DNA of 64,000 nucleotides from an uncultured Gammaproteobacteria bacterium (lineage in GTDB: Bacteria > Patescibacteriota > Patescibacteriia > Patescibacteriales > UBA12465). The DNA is taken from positions 341-64,340 of the forward strand of contig CAZPKN010000001.1 in the NCBI GenBank assembly GCA_964587195.1. Direction: 5' to 3'. Below are positions 1-9,118 of the stretch, one piece after another. Both the position numbers and the translations under genes were made by a program. The notes beneath the pieces are model-generated. The model did no database searches. It was not told the DNA's origin and was given only the letters and a program-made list of their open reading frames with translations. Every line of letters begins with the position of its first letter. Within the stretch, counting starts at the first letter, position 1.

Positions 1-306
1 TTTGATCTAGAAGGGAGTCTCTTAGCTAAAATCGATCAAACCTTGAGATTATCAACCGATGTCTTGCGCCATCAAATTGTCGTTAAAGCAGTTAAGTCGG
101 AAGAACAAATTAAGAAAGCCGAAAAAATTCGCGCTAAAATCGATTCTAAAAAAGCTGAGACAGAAAAAATCCAGCCAGCTAAAGAACAAAAATCTTCTGC
201 CTCTAAACCGGCTGAAAAAGCGACTCGTACTAAAGACAGCCGCGTTGAGCTAAAAGATTTAGATGAAAAGTTGGAGGGCATTTTAAATGCCAACGATTTA
301 ATTTAA
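1..306 (+). CDS. rpsF: 30S ribosomal protein S6, 5'-truncated at window edge (reading frame open from position 1)
   Basis: Frame is open from nt 1. Contains an S6-like 'VLRHQIVV' segment and a Lys/Glu-rich tail. Lies directly upstream of ssb-rpsR, the conserved rpsF-ssb-rpsR order. Confidence 0.55.
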   Translation, partial: FDLEGSLLAKIDQTLRLSTDVLRHQIVVKAVKSEEQIKKAEKIRAKIDSKKAETEKIQPAKEQKSSASKPAEKATRTKDSRVELKDLDEKLEGILNANDLI

Positions 307-346
307 TTAATCGCCTTCCGATTAATATCGGAATAAATCCAAACAT

Positions 347-790
347 ATGAATTTAAACAAAGCCATGATTATCGGAAACATCACCCGTGATCCAGAACTG
401 CGCAATACGCCATCCGGCCAAAGCGTCGCTTCTTTTTCCGTCGCGACTAATTTAGTCTGGACAGACCAAAGCGGACAACAGCAGAAAAAAACTGAGTTCC
501 ATAACGTTATCGCCTGGAGAAAATTAGCTGAAGTTTGTTCTAAGTATCTTCATAAAGGCTCAAAAGTCTTTATCGAAGGAAGATTGCAAACTACTGACTG
601 GACCGGGCAAGATGGAGTTAAGCGCTACCGGACAGAAATCGTCGCTGAAAATATGATCATGCTCGATTCTAAAGGCGGTGCACCGATGGGAGGAGCTACT
701 CCAAACTCCGGCCAAGCCGAAGCAACTATCGAAATACCGGAAGATAATATCGATGACGAAGAAATCCGCGTCGAAAATATTCCTTTCTAA
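347..790 (+). CDS. ssb: single-stranded DNA-binding protein
   Basis: OB-fold SSB N-terminus (MNLNKAMIIGNITRDPELRNTPSG...), Gly-rich linker, acidic C-terminal tail ending DDEEIRVENIPF. Sits between rpsF and rpsR. Confidence 0.85.
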   Translation: MNLNKAMIIGNITRDPELRNTPSGQSVASFSVATNLVWTDQSGQQQKKTEFHNVIAWRKLAEVCSKYLHKGSKVFIEGRLQTTDWTGQDGVKRYRTEIVAENMIMLDSKGGAPMGGATPNSGQAEATIEIPEDNIDDEEIRVENIPF

Positions 791-805
791 TAACTAATTA
801 AAACT

Positions 806-1015
806 ATGCCTAAAAAAATCAAAGAGTGCTATTTTTGCGCGAACAATCTGGAAGTCGATTACAAAGATACCAGAACTTTAAGAAAGTTTGTGAACTTTTT
901 TATGAAAATATTACCTGGTGATAGAACCGGCGTCTGTGCTTGGCACCAAAGAAAACTAGCGATGGCTATTAAACGCTCCCGCGTTATGGCTCTACTTGCC
1001 CCGACCCATAAATAA
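806..1015 (+). CDS. rpsR: 30S ribosomal protein S18
   Basis: 69 aa. YFCANNLEVDYKD...RTGVCAWHQRKLAMAIKRSRVMALLAPT matches the S18 consensus. Confidence 0.85.
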   Translation: MPKKIKECYFCANNLEVDYKDTRTLRKFVNFFMKILPGDRTGVCAWHQRKLAMAIKRSRVMALLAPTHK

Positions 1016-1040
1016 TCGTCAATTAATTGCCTGAAACTTT

Positions 1041-1601
1041 ATGTTGAATTTTAACGAAATCAAAACCGGCAAGGTTATTAAAGTTAACGCCGAGCCATAT
1101 ATCATCATTAAAACCGACCACCATAAAATGGGCCGCGGCGGCGCTGTCTTAAAAATTAAATGTCGTAATTTAATTAACGGCAATGTTCTAGAAAGAACCT
1201 ATCAAGGCTCAGAAAAGGCTGAAGAAGCAGAAACTGAAACCAAGAAGGCTAATTTCATGTATAAAGATAAGGACGAAGCTTACTTCATGGATAACACTAA
1301 CTACGAGCAATTTAATTTACATCTTGAGGAAATCGGCGAGTCAGCTAAATTCTTAAAAGACGGCACTGATGTTGATGTTCTATATTTTGAAAATAAGCCC
1401 GTTTCTATCAGTCTGCCGGTTAAAATGGATTTTAAAGTCGTTAGTGCTCCTCCGGGCGTTAAGGGCAACTCCGCCGGAAACGTCAACAAACAAGTGGAAA
1501 TCGAAACTGGCGCGGTCTTAAACGTCCCAATGTTCATTAACGAAGGCGATGTTATCCGCATTAATACTGATACCGGCGAATACGTTGAAAGAGCTAGTTA
1601 A
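1041..1601 (+). CDS. efp: elongation factor P
   Basis: 186 aa with KPATLETGAV-type C-terminus (VEIETGAVLNVPMFINEGDVIRINTDTGEYVER) and an N-terminal KOW-like domain. Confidence 0.9.
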   Translation: MLNFNEIKTGKVIKVNAEPYIIIKTDHHKMGRGGAVLKIKCRNLINGNVLERTYQGSEKAEEAETETKKANFMYKDKDEAYFMDNTNYEQFNLHLEEIGESAKFLKDGTDVDVLYFENKPVSISLPVKMDFKVVSAPPGVKGNSAGNVNKQVEIETGAVLNVPMFINEGDVIRINTDTGEYVERAS

Positions 1602-1610
1602 AAATTTAAA

Positions 1611-1640
1611 ATCGCCCCTGCGGGGGCGGTTTTTGTTTGT
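1611..1640 (+). terminator. rho-independent terminator after efp
   Basis: GC hairpin cgcccctgcgggggcg followed by a T-tract. Confidence 0.6.
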
Positions 1641-1683
1641 TTATTTTCCTAAAATGGTATAATAAAGAAATAAAAATAAAATC

Positions 1684-3084
1684 ATGAACGCTTTTATTAT
1701 CATTTTTTCAGTGGCCTACTTAATCCTCGCTATAAAGCGTCTGGATATTGCTTTATTTATCTTAATCGCCGCGCTGCCTGCCTATCTCGTGCGTTTTAAT
1801 TTTCTCGGCCTTCCGTCAACACTGCTAGAAATAATGATTTTAATTTCCTTTGCGGTTTGGTTTATAAAAAAATATTGCCCGAACTTAAAAGTCCTATTCA
1901 AAAGGCCAAATATGGCAAGGCCTTATCCCTTCTCTCGGGAAATAATGGCTTTAGTTATTCTTGCTTTTATCGCCGCCGGCATAGCTAGTTTTAATGCGAG
2001 CACTCTGGGCGCCTGGAAAGCTTATTTCTTTGAACCAATCCTGGTCTTTATTCTAATCATGAATATTTTCCAGGACAAAAAACAGCGTGAAAAAATCTAT
2101 TGGGCATTTTTAATTTCATCTTTAACAATTGCCCTGTTCGCTATTTATCAAAAAATAACCGGCGCTTTTATCCCTAATGATTTTTGGGCAGCGGCCGAAA
2201 CAAGACGGGTCATTTCTTTTTTTGAATATCCTAATGCCGTTGGCCTATACCTTGCCCCCTTGATAATGATTTTAAGCGGCTGGTTATTTTCAATTTATAA
2301 AAACAATTCCCCACTCTTTAAAAAATTATTAATCATCATAGCCATTGTCTCCTCTATTTTAGCTATTTATTTTGCTAAATCAGAGGGAGCTTTAATCGGG
2401 CTACTGGCCGGATTTATTATTTTCGGATTACTAGCTAATCGTCGTTTAAGAATAATCACCATCGCTTCCGGACTGTTAATTGCTCTTAGTGTGCTTATCT
2501 ATGCTCCGGCGCGGGAAAAAATTATTGATAAAGTAAGCTTTCAAGATTTATCAGGCCAAATTAGATTACAACAATGGCGAGAAACTGGCAAAGTTTTACG
2601 TGGCCTTAATATTATTACTGGCACCGGTCTGGCTAACTATCAAATGGCGGTCGCTCCATACCATCAAGAAGGCATCTTCTTTAACCGCGACAAGATTGAA
2701 AATTTTCATGCTGTTACTTGGGCTAGCTCAACTCTCCAAAAAAAGTATTGGCAGCCAGTTGAAATCTATCTCTATCCTCATAATATCTTTTTAAATTTTT
2801 GGACAGAGATTGGGCTTTTAGGAATGTTGCTTTTTATCTGGATTATAGCAAAAACAATCTTTATATCTTTACAAACCGCTAACAGAAATAAAAAAAATAG
2901 TGACAACAAATACCTTTCTTTGGGAATCATCGGTGCCATAACTGTTATCTGTATTCATGGGCTAGTTGACGTTCCCTATTTTAAAAATGATTTATCAGTT
3001 ATGTTCTTCGTTATCCTCGCCCTTGCCGGCCTATACTATTACGATCATCCTTACGGCGAGACGCTAAATACTGCAAAAAAATAA
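1684..3084 (+). CDS. O-antigen ligase (Wzy_C) family polytopic membrane protein
   Basis: About 12 predicted TM helices. Conserved 'YPHNIFLNFWTEIGLLG' block typical of the O-antigen ligase/polymerase family. Confidence 0.5.
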   Translation: MNAFIIIFSVAYLILAIKRLDIALFILIAALPAYLVRFNFLGLPSTLLEIMILISFAVWFIKKYCPNLKVLFKRPNMARPYPFSREIMALVILAFIAAGIASFNASTLGAWKAYFFEPILVFILIMNIFQDKKQREKIYWAFLISSLTIALFAIYQKITGAFIPNDFWAAAETRRVISFFEYPNAVGLYLAPLIMILSGWLFSIYKNNSPLFKKLLIIIAIVSSILAIYFAKSEGALIGLLAGFIIFGLLANRRLRIITIASGLLIALSVLIYAPAREKIIDKVSFQDLSGQIRLQQWRETGKVLRGLNIITGTGLANYQMAVAPYHQEGIFFNRDKIENFHAVTWASSTLQKKYWQPVEIYLYPHNIFLNFWTEIGLLGMLLFIWIIAKTIFISLQTANRNKKNSDNKYLSLGIIGAITVICIHGLVDVPYFKNDLSVMFFVILALAGLYYYDHPYGETLNTAKK

Positions 3085-3086
3085 TT

Positions 3087-3800
3087 ATGAAAATAATCCT
3101 CCAAAAAATTATTGCTTCAAGCGGCTACTCTTCAAGACGTGAAGCTGAAAGACTAATCAGAGGCGGTAGTGTCAAAGTTAACGGCCAAATAGCAGAAGTC
3201 GGCCAGCAAGCCGATCCTGAAAAAGATAGAATAACTGTTAAGGGAAAATTAATCGGACAAGCCGAAAAACTAGTCTATTTAATTTTCAATAAACCGGTCG
3301 GCTACACCTGCACTAATCGCCAATTTTCCGGAGAAAGAAATATTTTTGAGCTAGTTAGAAGACCGGAAAGATTGTTTGCAGTCGGTCGGTTAGATAAAGA
3401 TAGCCGCGGTTTAGTTTTACTAACCAACGATGGCGACCTGACCCTAAAACTTTCCCACCCGCGCTTTGCTCACGAAAAAGTTTACGAGGTTAAAGTAAAA
3501 GATGAGGTTATTAATCCAAAATTAGTTATTAAAGAGTTACTTAAAGGCGTTGATATAGATGACGAAGACGAACCATTAAAGGCAATAAAGGCAGAATATT
3601 TACAAAACGGTTTATTTATAATAACCTTAAACGAGGGCAAGAAAAGGCAGATTAGACGCATGTTTGAGGCGCTCGGCACTAAAGTCGCTGACCTTAAAAG
3701 AATACGTCTAGGTAGTCTTCATTTAGGAGATTTACCCGAAGGAAAATATCGCGAATTAACAACCGAGGAATTAACCGAGCTAAAGAAAGACATTGAATAA
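3087..3800 (+). CDS. rRNA pseudouridine synthase (RsuA/RluB family)
   Basis: N-terminal S4 domain (SSRREAERLIRGGSVKVNG) and catalytic motif VGRLDKDSRGLVLLTNDGDL. Confidence 0.8.
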   Translation: MKIILQKIIASSGYSSRREAERLIRGGSVKVNGQIAEVGQQADPEKDRITVKGKLIGQAEKLVYLIFNKPVGYTCTNRQFSGERNIFELVRRPERLFAVGRLDKDSRGLVLLTNDGDLTLKLSHPRFAHEKVYEVKVKDEVINPKLVIKELLKGVDIDDEDEPLKAIKAEYLQNGLFIITLNEGKKRQIRRMFEALGTKVADLKRIRLGSLHLGDLPEGKYRELTTEELTELKKDIE

Positions 3801-3826
3801 AATAATCATTGTAACTAAATAATATT

Positions 3827-3913
3827 GGAGACGTGGCTGAGTGGTTGAAAGCACCGCACTCGAAATGCGGCATACTCGAAAGAGTATCAGGGGTTCAAAT
3901 CCTCTCGTCTCCG
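3827..3913 (+). tRNA. tRNA-Ser (anticodon CGA)
   Basis: Cloverleaf drawn by hand. Acceptor GGAGACG/CGTCTCC, anticodon loop CTCGAAA, long variable arm, T-loop TTCAAAT. CCA is not encoded. Confidence 0.8.
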
Positions 3914-4094
3914 CAGGTAAATTTCAGAACGGATTTATCCGTTCTGAAATTTAGCTTTTGGACAGACAGGAGGATGAGAACCCGAAGGGTTCACACTGCC
4001 GAGGATAGCGAGAGAAATGATAGCTTGCTAGCATTTCCGAGCGACGCAGGCAGAAAGGGCGACAAAGTCGCCCTGCAATCCTCTCGTCTCCGCC
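3914..4094 (+). repeat. tRNA-linked GC-rich module: hairpin, ~140-bp GC-rich segment and a 17-nt duplicate of the tRNA-Ser 3' end (4077-4093)
   Basis: aatcctctcgtctccgc at 4077-4093 is identical to tRNA 3' end 3898-3914. Perfect inverted repeat aaatttcagaacggatttatccgttctgaaattt precedes it. Segment contains gcaggcag, a fragment of the palindrome family seen at other tRNAs. Confidence 0.5.
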
Positions 4095-4167
4095 TTCGCC
4101 ACGCCATAGCCACCTAAAAGGTGGCGGCGGCGGGCAATGTTTATACTGTTTTAAAAACTTATTTTTA

Positions 4168-4207
4168 AAACCCCCGCTCTTTTACTTAAAAGCGGGGGTT
4201 TTGTTAT
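4168..4207 (+). terminator. rho-independent terminator
   Basis: aaaacccccgctcttttacttaaaagcgggggtttt. Confidence 0.6.
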
Positions 4208-4275
4208 ATTAAGACAAGCTCTAGCGAGGTTCTTTTTTTTTATTAAAAAAGCCATTTGACAATTTTTGTCATTTT

Positions 4276-4304
4276 TTGACACGACACTTTAGCTGTGTTA
4301 AAAT
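4276..4304 (+). promoter_or_regulatory. sigma70-like promoter (TTGACA-17-TAAAAT) upstream of HTH gene and hsdM
   Basis: TTGACA at 4276-4281, 17-nt spacer, TAAAAT at 4299-4304. A second TTGACA lies at 4256-4261. Confidence 0.45.
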
Positions 4305-4339
4305 GTAAGTAAAGAAAAGCTATACGAATTATAAATTTT

Positions 4340-4519
4340 ATGACTAAATCGGATAAACTCTTAACGATTGAAGAAGTGGCCGGAATATTGCGGGTCAGTA
4401 CGCGAACTATCGTTAGATATATAGAATCAGGAAAACTAAAAGCCTCGAAAATAGGCGTCTGGAGGATTAAAGAATCAGACGTCCATTTATTTTTAGAAGA
4501 AACTAGCAATAAAAAATAG
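4340..4519 (+). CDS. small helix-turn-helix DNA-binding protein (excisionase/MerR-like HTH_17 family), 59 aa
   Basis: Absent from the ORF track because it is under 60 aa. Translation MTKSDKLLTIEEVAGILRVSTRTIVRYIESGKLKASKIGVWRIKESDVHLFLEE. 'LTIEEVAxxLxVSxxTIxRxIxxGKLxAxKIG' is the classic Xis-type HTH. Confidence 0.55.
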   Translation: MTKSDKLLTIEEVAGILRVSTRTIVRYIESGKLKASKIGVWRIKESDVHLFLEETSNKK

Positions 4520-4532
4520 GTTTATAAATATT

Positions 4533-6110
4533 ATGACAAAATCCACCCATCAAAATAATACTAAAGAACAAGAACGAGCCGAGCTACATCGCGCGATTTG
4601 GCAAATTGCCAATGATTTGCGAGGCGCAGTCGACGGCTGGGATTTTAAACAATATGTTCTCGGCATTCTTTTCTACCGCTTCATCAGTGAAAATTTAACA
4701 AAACATGTTAATAACGAAAAAAATGAAGGCGTCGGCTTTGACTATACAAAATTAGATGACAAAACAGCGGAATTCGGTCGGAAGGAAACGGTTATTGAGA
4801 AAGGTTTTTTTATTCTACCAAGCGAACTGTTTGTAAATGTTTGTAAAAATGCGAGACATAATCCGAATTTAAACGAAACGCTTTCAAAAATTTTCAGCAA
4901 CATTGAAAACTCGGCTAAGGGTTTTGAAAGCGAGGGCGATTTAAAGGGCTTATTCGCTGATTTGGATGTTAATTCTCCGAAATTGGGTAATACGGTTGAT
5001 AAAAGAAATCAGAAATTGGTTAAACTACTTGAAGCTATCGGTGCTCTTCGCTTAGGAAATTACCAAGACAATACCATTGATACTTTCGGCGACGCTTATG
5101 AATATTTAATGAGTATGTATGCTTCAAGCGCCGGAAAATCCGGCGGTGAATTCTACACGCCTCAGGAAGTAAGCGAGCTTTTAGCGGAAATTACCACCGT
5201 CGGGAAAACTGAGGTTAATAAAGTTTATGATCCTTGTTGCGGTTCGGGCTCGCTCTTGCTTAAATTCGCTAAAGTTCTCGGCAAAGATAAGGTTAGGCAG
5301 GGTTTTTACGGCCAAGAAATAAATCTCACGACTTATAATCTCTGCCGTATTAATATGTTCTTACATGACATAAATTATAATCATTTTGATATTGAACACG
5401 GCGATACTTTAACCGACGCGAAACATTGGGATGATGAGCCGTTTGACGCCATAGTTTCTAATCCGCCTTATTCGATAAGATGGGAGGGCGACAGCAATCC
5501 TTTACTGATAAATGATGCTCGTTTTTCGCCGGCCGGCGTTTTAGCTCCGAAAAGTAAGGCTGATTTAGCATTTACTATGCATATGCTTTCCTGGCTATCT
5601 ACGGGCGGAACGGCGGCGATTGTTGAATTTCCGGGTGTTCTCTATCGCGGCGGCGCCGAACAAAAAATTAGGCAATATTTAGTTGAGAATAATTATATTG
5701 ATACAGTTATCCAGCTCCCGCCCGATCTTTTTTTCGGAACTAGTATTGCAACTTGTATTTTGGTTCTTAAAAAGAGTAAAACGGATAATAAAATTTTATT
5801 TATTGATGCTTCGGCGGAGTTTGTTAGGGGCGGAAATAAAAATAAATTAAGCGAAGAAAATCGCCAGAAAATTTTAAAAGCTTTTATAGACAGAAAAAAT
5901 ATAGAATATTTCGCAAAAACGGCTGAGAACCAAAAAGTCGCCGCTAATGATTATAATATTGCTGTTTCAAGTTATGTTGAGCAGGAAGATACTAGAGAAG
6001 TTATTAACATAAAAGAACTGAACCAAGAAATCGTTAAAATTGTTAAAAGACAGAGCGAGTTAAGAAAAGCGATTGATGAGATTGTCGGGGAGATTGAGGG
6101 GAGTAAATAA
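4533..6110 (+). CDS. hsdM: type I restriction-modification system methyltransferase subunit
   Basis: HsdM N-terminal domain (LHRAIWQIANDLRG...YVLGILFYRFISE). SAM motif DPCCGSGSLL. Catalytic NPPY (IVSNPPYSIRW). Confidence 0.9.
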   Translation: MTKSTHQNNTKEQERAELHRAIWQIANDLRGAVDGWDFKQYVLGILFYRFISENLTKHVNNEKNEGVGFDYTKLDDKTAEFGRKETVIEKGFFILPSELFVNVCKNARHNPNLNETLSKIFSNIENSAKGFESEGDLKGLFADLDVNSPKLGNTVDKRNQKLVKLLEAIGALRLGNYQDNTIDTFGDAYEYLMSMYASSAGKSGGEFYTPQEVSELLAEITTVGKTEVNKVYDPCCGSGSLLLKFAKVLGKDKVRQGFYGQEINLTTYNLCRINMFLHDINYNHFDIEHGDTLTDAKHWDDEPFDAIVSNPPYSIRWEGDSNPLLINDARFSPAGVLAPKSKADLAFTMHMLSWLSTGGTAAIVEFPGVLYRGGAEQKIRQYLVENNYIDTVIQLPPDLFFGTSIATCILVLKKSKTDNKILFIDASAEFVRGGNKNKLSEENRQKILKAFIDRKNIEYFAKTAENQKVAANDYNIAVSSYVEQEDTREVINIKELNQEIVKIVKRQSELRKAIDEIVGEIEGSK

Positions 6111-6242
6111 ATTTTATAAATAAAAAGTTGAGACAAAACATTATAAATTTATGAAGGCGACGGCGGAGCGTATTTGGAAAGTATAAAGGTTTTGGAAAAG
6201 AGGGTTGGGGGGGGATAAGAATAAATTTTAAATGAATGAGAT

Positions 6243-7643
6243 ATGAAAATAAAAAAAATTGAATTCTATAACCATAAAATACTAGGAGATTTTGCAATAG
6301 ACTTTTCCGTCGATAATGTTATAAAAAATATTTCATTACTGGTGTCGGAAAATGGATGCGGTAAAACAACTTTATTAGAAGAAATTTATAAAATCTTGAC
6401 AGAGAGTTTTGCTGCCTGGGAGAATGGGCCTAATAAAAAAATAACATTTGAATTTACAGAAGATGAAAAAAATAAATTTAGCTTATCAACACACATATTA
6501 ACCATTGAATACGACAAATCAAAGAGTGAAAATAATATGTGGGGCAGATTTTTTGTTTTTGATGAAAACGGCAATGATATTAGTGCTAGCGCTCGTTCAT
6601 TGTTATATAATAATCCTTTAACTAGTGCTTTTAAATGCGCCTTTTCTACTGTTGAGATAAATTTCGAAAAGAGGTCTATAGAATCAATTAAGGCAACCTC
6701 GATTGACTCTGATGAATTTGTCAAAAATAAATCTACAAACAATATAGCAACAGAAATCTCTCAGTTATTAGTAGATATAAAGAATCAAGATAATGCCGAA
6801 AAGGCTAATCTTTTTGATAGTGGGGCCATAAGCACAGAACAACCGTATGCTGGAAAATTTGATCGTTTTAAGGCGGCTTATTCAAAGATGTTTAATGGAA
6901 AAGAATTGAAAGATGTAATTACCGAAAATAATAATTATAAAATTATTTTTAAAGACTTAAAAAAGAATGTTGAATTTGACATATCCGATCTCAGCTCAGG
7001 GGAAAAACAAATTGTTTATAGGGCTGGTTATTTACTTAAAAACTTACGAGGCATTACTAGCGGAGTAGTTCTTATAGATGAGCCTGAATTAAGTTTGCAC
7101 CCCATATGGCAAGAAAAATATCTTCAATTTATCAGAGAAGTATTCCTTTTAGAAAATAAAAATGATATTCAGTTTGTTATAGCGACTCACTCATTTTTAC
7201 TATTAAAAGATGCTCTAAAAGATGGTATCGTGATTAATATTTTCAGAAAAGATAGCCTAGGTCAAATTTCAGTAATAAATGCAAGAGACAAAGGTTTTGG
7301 TTTATTAAAATGGAGTCCTTCGTGGGGGGAAATATGTCATTTTGCATATGGATTACCAACTATTGAGTTTCACAATGATTTATATTCTGCAATTGAGGAT
7401 AAGTTAAAAAATGATCCATCAGATCGAATCGCCCAAGCTGTATTTGAAAAATATATAAAAGATAACGCCCCAAATACTCCAATAATAAAGTGGAAAACTT
7501 CAAGCGGACACCAAAAAGAAGAGACAATAATGACATTTGTAAGAAACAACATTCATCACCCAGATAACATTGAGAGGCCTAAGGCAGAGCCAGATCAATT
7601 AACAAAGTCTATCCACTATATGCTGAAATTAATTACTAGTTAA
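6243..7643 (+). CDS. ABC-type/AAA_21-like ATPase with uncharacterised ~130-aa C-terminal domain
   Basis: Walker A SENGCGKTTLLEEI, ABC signature-like LSSGEKQ, Walker B VVLIDEPELSLHP, H-loop IATHS. Inserted between hsdM and hsdS. Confidence 0.6.
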   Translation: MKIKKIEFYNHKILGDFAIDFSVDNVIKNISLLVSENGCGKTTLLEEIYKILTESFAAWENGPNKKITFEFTEDEKNKFSLSTHILTIEYDKSKSENNMWGRFFVFDENGNDISASARSLLYNNPLTSAFKCAFSTVEINFEKRSIESIKATSIDSDEFVKNKSTNNIATEISQLLVDIKNQDNAEKANLFDSGAISTEQPYAGKFDRFKAAYSKMFNGKELKDVITENNNYKIIFKDLKKNVEFDISDLSSGEKQIVYRAGYLLKNLRGITSGVVLIDEPELSLHPIWQEKYLQFIREVFLLENKNDIQFVIATHSFLLLKDALKDGIVINIFRKDSLGQISVINARDKGFGLLKWSPSWGEICHFAYGLPTIEFHNDLYSAIEDKLKNDPSDRIAQAVFEKYIKDNAPNTPIIKWKTSSGHQKEETIMTFVRNNIHHPDNIERPKAEPDQLTKSIHYMLKLITS

Positions 7644-7662
7644 TTTTTAAAATAAAATTTTT

Positions 7663-8055
7663 ATGGAAATTATTGAACTCATCTTTTCAAATATTAAAAA
7701 TATTTTCTGGTTAATTTTTGCATTAGCACTTTTAATAGTTGCGATTAAAATAACCTTTACTTTTAATATTAATGAATATTTAAAAATTAGGAAAGGCAAC
7801 ATTGATAATAAAATTAGAAATTGCTGTCCACATGCTCATATTTCTATTGTTGACAACAAGGTAATAGCAGAATCTTCTTTTGTTTCTCCCGTCGGCACAA
7901 CTAATTATATTTGCGAAAGATGTCGGTCAGTTATTTATGTCATGGATAAAGAGAGCGAAAAACAAAGAATAGAGAAATTAGTTAAAAATTTTGACGGATA
8001 TATAAAGCAAGAAAAAAAATTTAAAAAACTTTTAAGGAAAGGTGGATATATTTAA
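7663..8055 (+). CDS. small membrane-anchored protein with CxxH...CxxC zinc-ribbon-like motif
   Basis: N-terminal TM helix (IFWLIFALALLIVAI), then CCPHAH...CERCRS. No recognisable family. Confidence 0.4.
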   Translation: MEIIELIFSNIKNIFWLIFALALLIVAIKITFTFNINEYLKIRKGNIDNKIRNCCPHAHISIVDNKVIAESSFVSPVGTTNYICERCRSVIYVMDKESEKQRIEKLVKNFDGYIKQEKKFKKLLRKGGYI

Positions 8056-8085
8056 TATTTATAAGGTAGGGGCAAATGCAATAGT

Positions 8086-9114
8086 TTGATTAATATGAAA
8101 ATTGAATCAACTAACAACGAAGTGGGAATTGAACTTCATTATAGTTTTAACGATATTGATATTCATTCAATAAACTTTTATATTAGGAATTCTTGCTCAT
8201 TAGCTCAAGCGGAAATTATATCTTACCTAATAAATACTTTATACCCGGATGAGCATTTTGAGATTTTAACATTACCTCCGCAAAAAGGGTCTTTTAACGA
8301 TATAACTATCATAAAATTTTTAAACAAAAATCCCGGGATTATTCTTTCAGTTATTTCTTTAATATTGCCCGCATTACTGTATAATAGCCAGCTTAAAGCA
8401 AATGAAACAACAACAGATTATAATATTTTACAAGTTATTGAAAAATGTAAAGATTTAGATTCCAATTTCCCCGATGAAGTTTTGCAAAAAATAAATAGCA
8501 TTTGCGATTCGTATTATCCCAGAAAACAAAAAAATATTTTTTACGAATCTATAATATCCGATAAAAACATAGTTAGCATTGAGCCGAAGATATTTGCAAA
8601 TGATAAGAATGTTTTCAACGCACAAATAAAGCAAGAAGAGTTTGGAGATTATATAGAAGACATTCCAAAAGAAAAAGAGTTCCTAAAAGTTGAAATGACT
8701 GGCAACATACAATTGTCGCAACCTGTTATTGATAGGCAGCAACAATATGGCAGGGGTTTAGCGTGGAGGGGCGTATACTACGGGAATGATATCTCAGATG
8801 AAAACAATAATCTTATTGTTGAGGATGGTGAAAACATATTTTTTTATATGCAGGATGATGAATATAAAAAACAAATATTAAATCAGGAAATATCGTTTAC
8901 TAGTGGTGATAATATAGGTGTTATTTTTGATGTCAGTCGTTACTATGATTATGTAAATGATAAATTTGGCAAACCTAGATTATACGTGAAAAGAGTAGTC
9001 TCTCACAATGACAACCTCGTACAACACAAAAAGGACCTGGCTTTAAAACAAGAATTAAAAAAATTTGAAGAAAAGAATAAAAACCAGTCATCGCTTTTTG
9101 ATATTATAAAGTAA
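8086..9114 (+). CDS. hypothetical protein (342 aa) with one internal hydrophobic segment
   Basis: Long ORF with no recognisable motif. Hydrophobic stretch PGIILSVISLILPALLY. Very AT-rich. Ends 4 nt before the hsdS start. Confidence 0.4.
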   Translation: MINMKIESTNNEVGIELHYSFNDIDIHSINFYIRNSCSLAQAEIISYLINTLYPDEHFEILTLPPQKGSFNDITIIKFLNKNPGIILSVISLILPALLYNSQLKANETTTDYNILQVIEKCKDLDSNFPDEVLQKINSICDSYYPRKQKNIFYESIISDKNIVSIEPKIFANDKNVFNAQIKQEEFGDYIEDIPKEKEFLKVEMTGNIQLSQPVIDRQQQYGRGLAWRGVYYGNDISDENNNLIVEDGENIFFYMQDDEYKKQILNQEISFTSGDNIGVIFDVSRYYDYVNDKFGKPRLYVKRVVSHNDNLVQHKKDLALKQELKKFEEKNKNQSSLFDIIK

Positions 9115-9118
9115 TGCT

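Noticed and set aside
4243-4509. 88-aa minus-strand ORF from the track
   Set aside because: It is antisense to a much more convincing 59-aa Xis-type HTH gene on the plus strand, which has its own consensus promoter. The minus ORF has no motif and an odd composition.
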